Shown: in pieces, positions 40,998-52,131 of the stretch
How the letters are laid out: every line of letters starts with the position of its first letter
How positions within the stretch are numbered: the stretch's first letter is position 1
Source: an uncultured Alphaproteobacteria bacterium
GTDB lineage: Bacteria > Pseudomonadota > Alphaproteobacteria > Geminicoccales > Geminicoccaceae
Length of the DNA: 64,000 nt
Direction: 5' to 3'
Assembly (NCBI GenBank): GCA_963798075.1
Contig: CAWCRU010000006.1
Span: 219,167 to 283,166, forward strand
Position numbers and translations under genes: made by a program
The notes under the pieces: model-generated
Databases searched by the model: none
Seen by the model: the letters and a program-made list of their open reading frames with translations, nothing else
What the model was told of the DNA's origin: nothing

Positions 40998-41870
40998 ATG
41001 CTGAGGATCGAGCTGCTGATCGATGCCGGCAATGAGCTGGGCGAAGGCCCGCTCTGGGACGTCCTGGAGCAGCGCCTCTACTGGATCGACAGCTACGGCA
41101 AGGTCGTCTGCCGCTGCGATGCGGGGGGCAAGGAGCAAAAGAGCTGGCCCGTTCCCGACCACATCGGCTCGATGTGCCTGCGCGAGCGTGGCGGGGCCGT
41201 GGTTGCGCTGCGCAGCGGCTTTCACTTCCTCGACCTTGCGAGCGGCGAGGTGACCTCGATCGGCGATCCGGAAGCGGACCGCCTGCGCACCCGCCTCAAC
41301 GACGGCAAGGTCGACCGCCAGGGCCGCTTCCTAGCCGGCGCCATGGACTATGAGGAGCGGGATGGGATCTGCGGGCTCTACCGCCTCGATCCCGACCTCT
41401 CCATCACCCGGCTCGACGATGGCATCATCGTGAGCAACGGCCCCTGCTGGAGCCCGGACGGCCGCACGCTCTACTTCGCCGACAGCTTCAGGCGCGTCAT
41501 CTACGCCTACGATTACCTGCCGGCCGACGGCACGGTCGGGGGCCGGCGCATCTTCGCCCACTTCGAGGCGCTGCGCGGCTTTCCCGACGGCGCCACGGTC
41601 GACGAGGAGGGCTGCGTCTGGAGCGCCGAGGTGTTCAGCGGGCGCCTGATCCGCTTCGCCCCCGACGGCGACATCGACCGGATCATCGGCATGCCGGTCG
41701 AGAGCACGACCAGCGTGATGTTCGGCGGCGCCGATCTCGACATCCTCTATGTCACCTCGATGCGCCGGCCGATCCGGGGGGTGCGGCCGCGCGAGCGCGA
41801 GGCGGGCGGCCTGTTCGCGGTCCATGGGCTCGGCGTGCGCGGCCTGCCGGAGCCGCGCTTCAAAGGTTGA
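40998..41870 (+). CDS. SMP-30/gluconolactonase/regucalcin-family lactonase
   Basis: LGEGPLWD...LYWID, NDGKVDRQGRF, SNGPCWSPDGRTLYFADS, PDGATVDEEGCVWSA and LYVTS motifs. Confidence 0.85.
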   Translation: MLRIELLIDAGNELGEGPLWDVLEQRLYWIDSYGKVVCRCDAGGKEQKSWPVPDHIGSMCLRERGGAVVALRSGFHFLDLASGEVTSIGDPEADRLRTRLNDGKVDRQGRFLAGAMDYEERDGICGLYRLDPDLSITRLDDGIIVSNGPCWSPDGRTLYFADSFRRVIYAYDYLPADGTVGGRRIFAHFEALRGFPDGATVDEEGCVWSAEVFSGRLIRFAPDGDIDRIIGMPVESTTSVMFGGADLDILYVTSMRRPIRGVRPREREAGGLFAVHGLGVRGLPEPRFKG

Positions 41871-41890
41871 ATTGATCGGGAGGATTGGCT

Positions 41891-42763
41891 ATGCGGATCG
41901 AGGTTCTGGTCGACGTCAAGACCACGCTCGGCGAGGGGCCCCTTTGGGATGTCGACGAGCAGCGCCTTTATTGGATCGACAGCTTCGATGGCCGGGTCTT
42001 TCGCTGCACCGCGGACGGCCGCGAGATCCGCTCCTGGGATGTGCCGCAGAAGATCGGCTCGATGGCGCTGCGCCGGCAGGGTGGGGCCGTCCTCTCCTTG
42101 CAGCAGGGCTTCCATTTCCTCGATTTCCGGACCGGCGAGGTCGAGCTGATCGTCGATCCCGAGCCGGACCGGCCCAACAACCGCATCAACGATGGCAAGG
42201 TCGACCGGCGCGGGCGCTTCGTCGCGGGCTCCATGGACACCATGGAGGAGGGGCCGAACGGGGCCCTCTACCGGCTCGACCCGGACCTCAAGCTGCACCT
42301 GCTGGAAGGCGGCATCATCGTCAGCAACGGCCCCTGCTGGAGCCCGGACGGCGGCACCTTCTACTTCACCGACACCTGGTCGGGCGAGATCTCGGCCTAC
42401 GATTACGACCTCGACAAGGGCCGCATCTCGAACAAGCGGACCTTCGCGCGGATGACCGAGGAGGGAGGCGCCTTCGATGGCGCCACGGTCGATGCCGAGG
42501 GCTGCTTGTGGAGCGCCTTCGTCTACGCCGGCAAGGTCGTGCGCTATGCGCCCGACGGGCGCGTCGATCGCACGATCGAGATGCCGGTCAAGAAGGTGAC
42601 CAGCTGCATGTTCGGCGGGCCGGACCTCGATGTCCTCTACATCACCTCGATGGCCAAGCCGCCGCTGCCGCGCTTCCCGGGCGACCCGGTGCTGCGGGGC
42701 TCGCTGTTCGCGATCACGGGCCTCGGCACCCGCGGCGTCCCCGAGCCGCGCTTTGCCGGCTAG
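41891..42763 (+). CDS. SMP-30/gluconolactonase/regucalcin-family lactonase (tandem paralog)
   Basis: Same motif set as the preceding gene (LGEGPLWDVDEQRLYWIDS, NDGKVDRRGRF, SNGPCWSPDGGTFYFTDT). Confidence 0.85.
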   Translation: MRIEVLVDVKTTLGEGPLWDVDEQRLYWIDSFDGRVFRCTADGREIRSWDVPQKIGSMALRRQGGAVLSLQQGFHFLDFRTGEVELIVDPEPDRPNNRINDGKVDRRGRFVAGSMDTMEEGPNGALYRLDPDLKLHLLEGGIIVSNGPCWSPDGGTFYFTDTWSGEISAYDYDLDKGRISNKRTFARMTEEGGAFDGATVDAEGCLWSAFVYAGKVVRYAPDGRVDRTIEMPVKKVTSCMFGGPDLDVLYITSMAKPPLPRFPGDPVLRGSLFAITGLGTRGVPEPRFAG

Positions 42764-42777
42764 CTCGCGCGCGCCGG

Positions 42778-43056
42778 TCAGCCGAAGCGCATGACCAGCA
42801 GCATCCAGACGATCGAGATCGCGAGCGCGAACCAGAGCGACAGATCGCTGAGCCCGACCCATGCGAGATGGATGTAGGCGCTGCCCAAAAGGCCGATGAA
42901 CAGGCGGTCGCCCGGCGTGGTCACGATCGGCAGCAGGCCCTGGCGCTCGCCCGAGGGCGCGTAGAGCTGCCAGACCGTCATGGCGCCGAGCAGCAGGGCG
43001 ATCGTGGCGAAGAACGCGGCGGTGGGCCAGGTCCAGGCCATCCAGGTGAGGTCCAT
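42778..43056 (-). CDS. DUF2160-like small membrane protein of the glycerol ABC cluster
   Basis: A 92-aa hydrophobic protein starting MDLTWMAWTWPTAAFF (CAT 43054-43056). Only the last part of track ORF 42778-43827 is credible. Confidence 0.7.
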   Translation of the reverse strand: MDLTWMAWTWPTAAFFATIALLLGAMTVWQLYAPSGERQGLLPIVTTPGDRLFIGLLGSAYIHLAWVGLSDLSLWFALAISIVWMLLVMRFG

Positions 43057-43088
43057 CGCAGGTCCTTCTGCCGGTGCTCGACGTTGGC

Positions 43089-43886
<798 letters not shown>

Positions 43887-43888
43887 CG

Positions 43889-44752
43889 TCACCTCGCCTC
43901 GTTGCGCATCATCAGCGTGTAGAAGATCCAGCTCAGGAGCAGCGTGATCAAAAAGTAGATCAGGGACATGGCGGCCGCCGGACCGAGGTCGAACTGGCCG
44001 AGCGCCGTCTTGACGAGGTCGATCGAGAGGAAAGTCGTCGAGCTGCCGGGTCCGCCGCCGGTCACCACCACGACTTCCGTGTAGATCATGAACGAGTCCA
44101 TGAAGCGCAGCAGAATCGCGATGGTCAGCACGTATTTCAGCTTGGGCAGCTGGATATAGCGGAAGACCGCCCACGGCCGCGCCGCGTCGATCTTGGCGGC
44201 CTGGTAGTAGGCATCGGGGATCGAGACCAGCCCGGCGTAGCACAAAAGCGCCACCAGCGACGTCCAGTGCCAGACGTCCATGAGCACGATCGTGAACCAG
44301 GCGGCGAGCGGCTCGCGCGTGTAGTTGAAGTCGATGCCGAGCGCCCGGATCGAGCGGCCGAGAAGGCCGATCTCGGGCAGCGCCATGATGTTCCACATCG
44401 CGCCGACGACGTTCCAGGGAATCAGCAGAGGCAAAGCCATCAGCACGAGGCACACCGACACCCAAGGCCCCTTGCGCGGCATGGCGAGCGCGATCACCAG
44501 CCCGAGCGGTATCTCGATCACGAGCACGATCGCGGTGAACAGGAGCTGGCGCAAGAGCGCCCCGTGGAAGCGCTCCGAATGCAGCATTTCCTCGAACCAG
44601 CGCATCCCCGACCAGAAGAACTCGTTGGCGCCGAAGGATTCCTGCACCGAATAGTTGACGACCGTCATCAGCGGGATGATCGCGTTGAAACCGACCAGCA
44701 AGACGACCGGCAGGACGAACAGCCAGCCCTTGTTGGAGACGGTCTTCTTCAT
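43889..44752 (-). CDS. carbohydrate ABC transporter permease
   Basis: 287 aa, multi-TM, with a MalF/UgpA-like EAA region (YYQAAKIDAARPWAVFRYIQLP). Confidence 0.9.
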   Translation of the reverse strand: MKKTVSNKGWLFVLPVVLLVGFNAIIPLMTVVNYSVQESFGANEFFWSGMRWFEEMLHSERFHGALLRQLLFTAIVLVIEIPLGLVIALAMPRKGPWVSVCLVLMALPLLIPWNVVGAMWNIMALPEIGLLGRSIRALGIDFNYTREPLAAWFTIVLMDVWHWTSLVALLCYAGLVSIPDAYYQAAKIDAARPWAVFRYIQLPKLKYVLTIAILLRFMDSFMIYTEVVVVTGGGPGSSTTFLSIDLVKTALGQFDLGPAAAMSLIYFLITLLLSWIFYTLMMRNEAR

Positions 44753-44759
44753 GGCCGCC

Positions 44760-45830
44760 TCACTTGACGATCCAGCCGTCGGCGTAGACCTGGGTGTGAT
44801 CGGGGCGGAAGCGGAGATGCGCGGCGCCTTGCGGGACCGGCTGATTTTCCGGCACCAGCAGCCGGATCACGCAGCCGGCGTGGCGGGTCTCGACGATGCG
44901 CTGGCGCCCGGCGTCGAGCACCTTCACGACCTCGACCGGAATCCCGCTCGCGGCGAAGGCCACGAACTCCGGCCTGACGCCGATCTCGAGGCTCGCGCCG
45001 TTGCCGCGCCACAGGCCGGCGTTCGCCGCCTCGACCTCGGCGCCGCCGAACAGCGCCCGGCCGCCCGTGATCTCGCACGGCAGGATGTTCATGCCCGGCG
45101 AGCCGATGAAGTGGCCGACGAACGTGTGCTGCGGCCGCTCGAACAGCTCGACCGGCGTCCCGATCTGCACGATCTCGCCGTCCTTCATCACCACGACCTG
45201 GTCGGCGAACGTCAGCGCCTCGGTCTGGTCGTGGGTGACGTAGATCATGGTGCGGCGTATGCGGTGGTGGAGCTCCTTGAGCTTCGAGCGCAGCTCCCAT
45301 TTGAGATGCGGGTCGATCACCGTCAGCGGCTCGTCGAACATGATCACGTTGACGTCCGAGCGCACGAGCCCGCGACCGAGCGAAATCTTCTGCTTGCCGT
45401 CGGCCGAAAGCCCCGCCGCCCGCTTGCCCAGCATGCCTTCGAGCTCGAGCATGCCCGCGATCTCCCGCACCCGCCGCGCGACGTCGGCCTCGCCGATGCC
45501 ACGGTTGCGGAGCGGGAAGGCGAGATTGTTGTAGACCGTCATCGTGTCGTAGATCACCGGAAACTGGAACACCTGCGCGATGTTGCGCGCCTCGGGCGTC
45601 GCGTCGGTGATATCCAGGCCGTCGAACAGGATCGTACCTTCAGTCGGCCTCAGCAGGCCCGAGGTGAGGTTGAGCAGGGTCGTCTTGCCGCAGCCCGACG
45701 GCCCGAGGAGCGCATAGGCGCCGCCATCGGCAAGGTCGAGCGTCAAGCGCTTGAGCGCCCAGTCCGCCGCCTCTTTCGGGTCGGCAACATAGCTGTGGCG
45801 GACGCCGTCCAGCCGGATGCTCGCCATCAC
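44760..45830 (-). CDS. ABC transporter ATP-binding protein (MalK/UgpC-like)
   Basis: GPSGCGKTT, a degenerate signature LSADGKQK, MFDEP, and a C-terminal regulatory/TOBE-like domain. Confidence 0.9.
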   Translation of the reverse strand: MMASIRLDGVRHSYVADPKEAADWALKRLTLDLADGGAYALLGPSGCGKTTLLNLTSGLLRPTEGTILFDGLDITDATPEARNIAQVFQFPVIYDTMTVYNNLAFPLRNRGIGEADVARRVREIAGMLELEGMLGKRAAGLSADGKQKISLGRGLVRSDVNVIMFDEPLTVIDPHLKWELRSKLKELHHRIRRTMIYVTHDQTEALTFADQVVVMKDGEIVQIGTPVELFERPQHTFVGHFIGSPGMNILPCEITGGRALFGGAEVEAANAGLWRGNGASLEIGVRPEFVAFAASGIPVEVVKVLDAGRQRIVETRHAGCVIRLLVPENQPVPQGAAHLRFRPDHTQVYADGWIVK

Positions 45831-46897
45831 GGACCCCCGGCGACGAGGCGGCCGGCGTCATCGAAGAAGAAGCTCTTGTCGACGTCGACGTGGAGCCGCG
45901 CCAGCGAGCCGACCTCGAACGGATGGATGCCGGGCGACTGCGACACCCAGGTGCGGCCGTTGAGGTCGAAGTGGATGACGCTCTCCGAGCCGCTGAGCTC
46001 CGCGACCAGGACCCGGCCCTCGACGGCGGCACCGTCGCCCTCGCTCTGGGCCAGGATGTGATGCGGCCGGATGCCGATCGTGTACTCGCCATCCGCGATC
46101 GCCGCGGCGGCGCGGCCGGCGGGCAGCCTGATCGTGCCGCCGATCAGGATCTCGCTGCCGCGCTTGGTCACCGGCGCGGTGTTGATCGGCGGATCCGAGA
46201 ACACCTTCGCCGTCGTGAGGTCGCGCGGCCTGCGATAGAGCTCCCCGGTCGGGCCGAACTGGGTGACGCGGCCCTCGAACAGGGTCGCGGTGTTGCCGCC
46301 GAACAGGAGCGCCTCGGTCGGCTCGGTCGCCGCATAGACGACGATGCGGTCGCGGCCGGCGAACAGCCTCGGCAACTCCTCGCGCAGGTCCTCGCGCAAC
46401 TTGTAATCGAGATTGGCCAGCGGCTCATCGAGCAGGATCAGGTCCGAATCCTTGACCAGCGCCCGGGCGATCGCAGTGCGCTGCTGCTGGCCGCCCGAGA
46501 GCTCGCTCGGCAGGCGCTTGAGCATCGGCGTCAGGCGCAGGAGCTCGGCCGTCTCCTGGACGCGCGTCTCGACCTCCCGCTTCGGCAGTCCGGCGACCCG
46601 CAGCGGCGATGCGATGTTCTCGAACACGGTCATGTTCGGGTAGTTGATGAACTGCTGGTAGACCATGGCCACGTTGCGTTTCTGCACGGGCACGCCGACC
46701 ACGTTCCTGCCGTCGAACAGAAGCTCGCCCGACGTCGGCCGCTCCAGTCCGGCCATCAGCTGCATCAGCGTCGTCTTGCCCGAGAGCGTCGGACCCAACA
46801 GCGTATTGAAGGAGCCCTTTTCCAGGATGAGGTCGGTCTCGTGAATGTGCACGTCGGCGCCGACGCGCTTGGTCACTTTTCTCAGTTCCAAAGACAT
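45827..46897 (-). CDS. ABC transporter ATP-binding protein (MalK/UgpC-like)
   Basis: [17 protein letters not shown] and LLDEP motifs. It overlaps the next ATPase gene by 4 nt. Confidence 0.9.
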   Translation of the reverse strand: MSLELRKVTKRVGADVHIHETDLILEKGSFNTLLGPTLSGKTTLMQLMAGLERPTSGELLFDGRNVVGVPVQKRNVAMVYQQFINYPNMTVFENIASPLRVAGLPKREVETRVQETAELLRLTPMLKRLPSELSGGQQQRTAIARALVKDSDLILLDEPLANLDYKLREDLREELPRLFAGRDRIVVYAATEPTEALLFGGNTATLFEGRVTQFGPTGELYRRPRDLTTAKVFSDPPINTAPVTKRGSEILIGGTIRLPAGRAAAAIADGEYTIGIRPHHILAQSEGDGAAVEGRVLVAELSGSESVIHFDLNGRTWVSQSPGIHPFEVGSLARLHVDVDKSFFFDDAGRLVAGGP

Positions 46898-46958
46898 GGC
46901 GCCGCCGCGGGTTCTTGCTCTCTAGCTTTTTTGTCAGAGACCAGACTGGTCATGAAAC

Positions 46959-46993
46959 TCTCCCGGAGCGTGGCCTTGGCCCGCTCCGGGAGA
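46959..46993 (-). other. intercistronic stem-loop between the SBP and ATPase genes
   Basis: TCTCCCGGAGCG (46959-46970) pairs with CGCTCCGGGAGA (46982-46993), 12 bp with an 11-nt loop. No U-tract follows on the transcribed strand. Confidence 0.4.
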
Positions 46994-47016
46994 TACTCAC
47001 CCTACTGCCGCACTGT

Positions 47017-48759
<1,743 letters not shown>

Positions 48760-48835
48760 TCGAGTCTCTCCCATCTGCGTGGTCCCCCTTTTGCCCATCT
48801 GCGTGGTCTCCTTTTGGTTGCTCGCGATTTCGCCA

Positions 48836-50398
48836 CTAGCACGCCTGCACGCCGGAGCGCGCCCGCGCTTTCGTCCCCGCCCGCGCGGGCTCGCCGGTGC
48901 GGCCGAGCCAGGCGCGAAGGCGGGCCGCGGTCTGCTCGCCGACGTGCAGACCGAGCTTGGAACGGCGCCAGAGGATGTCCTCTTCCGTCATGGCCCACTC
49001 GTTGCGGACCAAATAGTCCACCTCGGCCTCGTAGAGACCGTCGCCCAAGGGCTCGCCCAGCCCCAAGGGATCCCTGGCGCCGCCGAGGACGCGCTCGATC
49101 CGCGTGCCGTAGGCGCGGGCATAGCGGCGGGCGAGCCCGGCCGGCAGCCACGGATGCTCGCGCCGCACGCCGGCAAGAAACGCGTCGAAGTCGGCATCCG
49201 GCATGTCGCCGCCCGGCAACGGAGCCCCGCCCGTCCAGGCGCCGGCCGCGAACCGCATGACCGGTCGCAGCTTGTCGAGCGCGTGCTCGGCGAGCCGGCG
49301 CGAGGTCGTGATCTTGCCGCCGAACACCGAGAGCAGCGGCGCCCCGGCGTCCGGTCGCGCGAGGTCGAAGACGTAGTCGCGGGTCACCGCCGAGACGTCG
49401 CTCGTGGTGTCGTCGTAGAGCGGCCGGACGCCCGAATATTGCCAGCATACCTGCGCCGGCGTCAGCGGTGCCACGAAGTAGCGGCTCACCGCCTCGCACA
49501 GATAGTCGATCTCGGCGTCCGCGATCGCGACCTCGGCGGGATCGCCCGCGTAGTCGAGATCGGTCGTGCCGATCAGCGTGTAATCCTGCTCGTACGGGAT
49601 CACGAAGATCACGCGGCGATCGACGTGCTGGAGGATGTAGGGGTCGTCATGGTCGTACAGCTTCGGCACCACGATGTGGCTGCCCTTGACCAGGCGGACC
49701 CGGTTGAGCGCCGGCAGCCGCAGATCGTCGGTCAGAAAGCGCGAGACCCAGGGGCCGGTGGCGTTGATCAGGCAGCGGGCGCGCACCACGCGTTCGGGCC
49801 CGGCTGCGGCCGGCCGCAGGGTGGCCTGCCACAGCCCGCCCTCGCGCTGCGCCCCGGTGCAGCGGTGGCGGGTCAGGATCTCGGCGCCGCGCTCGGCGGC
49901 GTCCATCGCGTTGAGGACCACGAGGCGCGCATCCTCGACCCAGCAGTCGGCGTAGGCGAACGCCTTGCGGTAGGCGTCCTTGAGCGGCGCGCCCGCCGGA
50001 TCGCCGCGCAGGTCGAGGGCGCGCGAGCCCGGCAGCCGCTGCCGGCCGCCCAAATGATCGTAAAGCAACAGGCCGAGCCGGATCAGCCAGGCCGGGCGCT
50101 GCTCGGCGCTGTGCGGCAGGATGAAGCGCAGCGGCCAGATGATGTGGGGCGCCGCCCGCAGCAGGACCTCGCGCTCGCGCAGCGCCTCGCGCACCAGGCG
50201 GAACTCGTAGTGCTCGAGGTAGCGCAGGCCGCCGTGGATCAGCTTGCTGCTGGCCGAGGAGGTCTGGCTCGCGAGGTCGTCCTGCTCGCACAGCAGGACG
50301 GCAAGGCCGCGGCCGGCGGCGTCGCGCGCGATGCCCGTGCCATTGACCCCGCCACCGATGACCAGCAGGTCGAACGGTTGATCCGTCGCCAAGCGCAA
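48836..50398 (-). CDS. glpD: FAD-dependent glycerol-3-phosphate dehydrogenase
   Basis: FDLLVIGGGVNGTGIARDAAGRGL and SSKLIHGGLRYLE motifs. The start is uncertain: TTG 50398 (after a G-rich SD) is proposed, while the track ORF begins at TTG 50491. Confidence 0.9.
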   Translation of the reverse strand: MRLATDQPFDLLVIGGGVNGTGIARDAAGRGLAVLLCEQDDLASQTSSASSKLIHGGLRYLEHYEFRLVREALREREVLLRAAPHIIWPLRFILPHSAEQRPAWLIRLGLLLYDHLGGRQRLPGSRALDLRGDPAGAPLKDAYRKAFAYADCWVEDARLVVLNAMDAAERGAEILTRHRCTGAQREGGLWQATLRPAAAGPERVVRARCLINATGPWVSRFLTDDLRLPALNRVRLVKGSHIVVPKLYDHDDPYILQHVDRRVIFVIPYEQDYTLIGTTDLDYAGDPAEVAIADAEIDYLCEAVSRYFVAPLTPAQVCWQYSGVRPLYDDTTSDVSAVTRDYVFDLARPDAGAPLLSVFGGKITTSRRLAEHALDKLRPVMRFAAGAWTGGAPLPGGDMPDADFDAFLAGVRREHPWLPAGLARRYARAYGTRIERVLGGARDPLGLGEPLGDGLYEAEVDYLVRNEWAMTEEDILWRRSKLGLHVGEQTAARLRAWLGRTGEPARAGTKARARSGVQAC

Positions 50399-50491
50399 AT
50401 CCGCGCCCCCCGTCAGGGCCCCTGGAGGCGCAGGGGTGGCACAGCCAGGTTGCTTTCGCAAGTGAAAATCCGAGCGGACGCTGTGTTCCAA

Positions 50492-50504
50492 TTCGAAAAA
50501 CGAA
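50492..50504. promoter_or_regulatory. candidate GlpR operator half-site pair TTCG-AAAAA-CGAA
   Basis: An AT-rich palindrome in the glpD/glpR divergent region. It resembles the TTCG...CGAA core I recall for enterobacterial glp operators, but with a 5-nt rather than 4-nt centre. Confidence 0.3.
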
Positions 50505-50541
50505 CTTTCCTCCCGATTGTGGCCCTGCTAGTCTCCGTCGC

Positions 50542-51387
50542 ATGCCCGAGCCTTTTGGCAGCGCCGGCGCCGCCCCTGCGGCCCATGCGGCCCACGCCGC
50601 CCCTGCCGCCCATGCCGTCCGCCGGCGCGAGATCGTCGAGGTCGTGCGCCGGCAGGGCTTCGCCGCCATCGACGCGCTCGCCCAGCAGTTCCAGGTCACA
50701 CCGCAGACCATCCGGCGCGACATCAACGCGCTGTGCGCCGCCGGCGCCCTGCAGCGCTTCCATGGCGGCGCCGGCCTCGCGTCGAGCGTCGAGAACCTGG
50801 CCTATCCGACCCGCCAGGTTTTGTGCCTGGCCGAGAAGCAGAGGATCGCGCGCCTGGTCGCGCAGCACGTGCCGAACCACGCGTCGTTGTTCATCAACAT
50901 CGGGACAACCACCGAGGAAGCCGCCAAGGCGCTGCTCGACCACCGGGCGCTCTCGGTTGTGACCAACAACCTGAACGTCGCGCTGATCCTCAGCCACAAC
51001 CCGGATTTCCGGGTCATCGTCGCGGGCGGCCTCGTGCGCGCGCGCGATCGCGGCATCATCGGCGAGCCCACGATCGATCTGATCGGTCAGTTCAAGGCCG
51101 ACATCGGCATCATCGGCATCAGCGGCATCGATCATGACGGCGCGCTGCTCGACTTCGACTATCGCGAGGTGCGCGTCGCCCAGGCGATCATGGCGAACTC
51201 GCGCCGGATCTTCCTGGTTGCCGACCACACCAAGTTCGGACGCAGTGCGATGGTCCGGCTCGGGCACATCAACCAGATCGACGCGCTGTTCACCGACCGG
51301 CCGCCGTCGTCGGCGATGGCGGAGATGCTGCAGGCGGCAGACGTCGCCCTGCACGTCGCGGGCCCGGCGGCCGAAGAGGCGGCGTAG
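50542..51387 (+). CDS. glpR: DeoR-family transcriptional regulator (GlpR-like)
   Basis: wHTH (IDALAQQFQVTPQTIRRDINAL) plus a DeoR C-terminal sensor domain. It is divergent from glpD. Confidence 0.8.
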   Translation: MPEPFGSAGAAPAAHAAHAAPAAHAVRRREIVEVVRRQGFAAIDALAQQFQVTPQTIRRDINALCAAGALQRFHGGAGLASSVENLAYPTRQVLCLAEKQRIARLVAQHVPNHASLFINIGTTTEEAAKALLDHRALSVVTNNLNVALILSHNPDFRVIVAGGLVRARDRGIIGEPTIDLIGQFKADIGIIGISGIDHDGALLDFDYREVRVAQAIMANSRRIFLVADHTKFGRSAMVRLGHINQIDALFTDRPPSSAMAEMLQAADVALHVAGPAAEEAA

Positions 51388-51414
51388 GTCCTTTCAGTTT
51401 AGAGGAGACGCAGC

Positions 51415-51807
51415 ATGGACCGATTCACCGGCGGTTGCCTGTGCGGCAATGTCCAAATCGTGGCGTCGGGCCGCCCATACCGGGTCGGCCTTTGTCATTG
51501 TCTCGACTGCCGCAAGCATCATGGGGCCCTTTTTCACGCTTCCGCGGTCTTCCCTCAAGATGCGGTGACGATCGATGGCGAAACACGCGACTACGCCGGC
51601 CGGTTTTTCTGTCCCCGCTGCGGCTCGACCGTTTTCGGGCGCAGCGCAGACGAAATCGAGGTGAACTTAGGAGCCCTGGATGCCCCCGACCAACTGACGC
51701 CGACCTACGAAAGCTGGATCGTCCGTCGCGAGTCCTGGTTGCCGCCGTTTCCGCTCACGAGACGATACGACCGCGATCGCAACCCCACGGGTCGCTTTGA
51801 GGAGTAG
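51415..51807 (+). CDS. GFA (glutathione-dependent formaldehyde-activating / CENP-V) family protein
   Basis: Zinc-cysteine pattern GGCLCG...CHCLDCRK...FCPRCGS. Confidence 0.85.
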   Translation: MDRFTGGCLCGNVQIVASGRPYRVGLCHCLDCRKHHGALFHASAVFPQDAVTIDGETRDYAGRFFCPRCGSTVFGRSADEIEVNLGALDAPDQLTPTYESWIVRRESWLPPFPLTRRYDRDRNPTGRFEE

Positions 51808-52131
51808 GTCGCACGAACGGCGCGAAGGCGCCAACCGGTAAAGACTCCGGGTCAAACGCCTCGCAGGCCTCGGCGGTGCGTTTCTCGTCATGGCCAGCCA
51901 GACGTCGCGCTGCTCCTTCGGCGCCGGCGGCTTCGCGCGCCCTACCATCGTCGCCATGAAGTGGCGAACGATCCCCGGGGTGCAGCCCGGCAGGTCGCAA
52001 TCCGCGAGCGCTGCCGGCGGACGGGCCCTTTGGCATCCTCACGGGGCTCCTCGCGTCCGCCTCCGGATCGCTTCCGGGCCCGCGGGGTCCGGGTCGAGAA
52101 GAGCTTTGCCGTTGCTTCGCCCCGAGCGGCC

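Noticed and set aside
51808-52131. Possible gene remnant on the minus strand (reads ...CDLPGCTPGIVRHFMATMVGRAKPPAPKEQRDVWLAMT... and, in another frame, ...HDEKRTAEACEAFDPESLPVGAFAPFVR)
   Set aside because: The fragments look vaguely protein-like, but I cannot assign a family. They are short and split over frames, and they overlap GC-artefact ORFs. This is not supportable as a feature.
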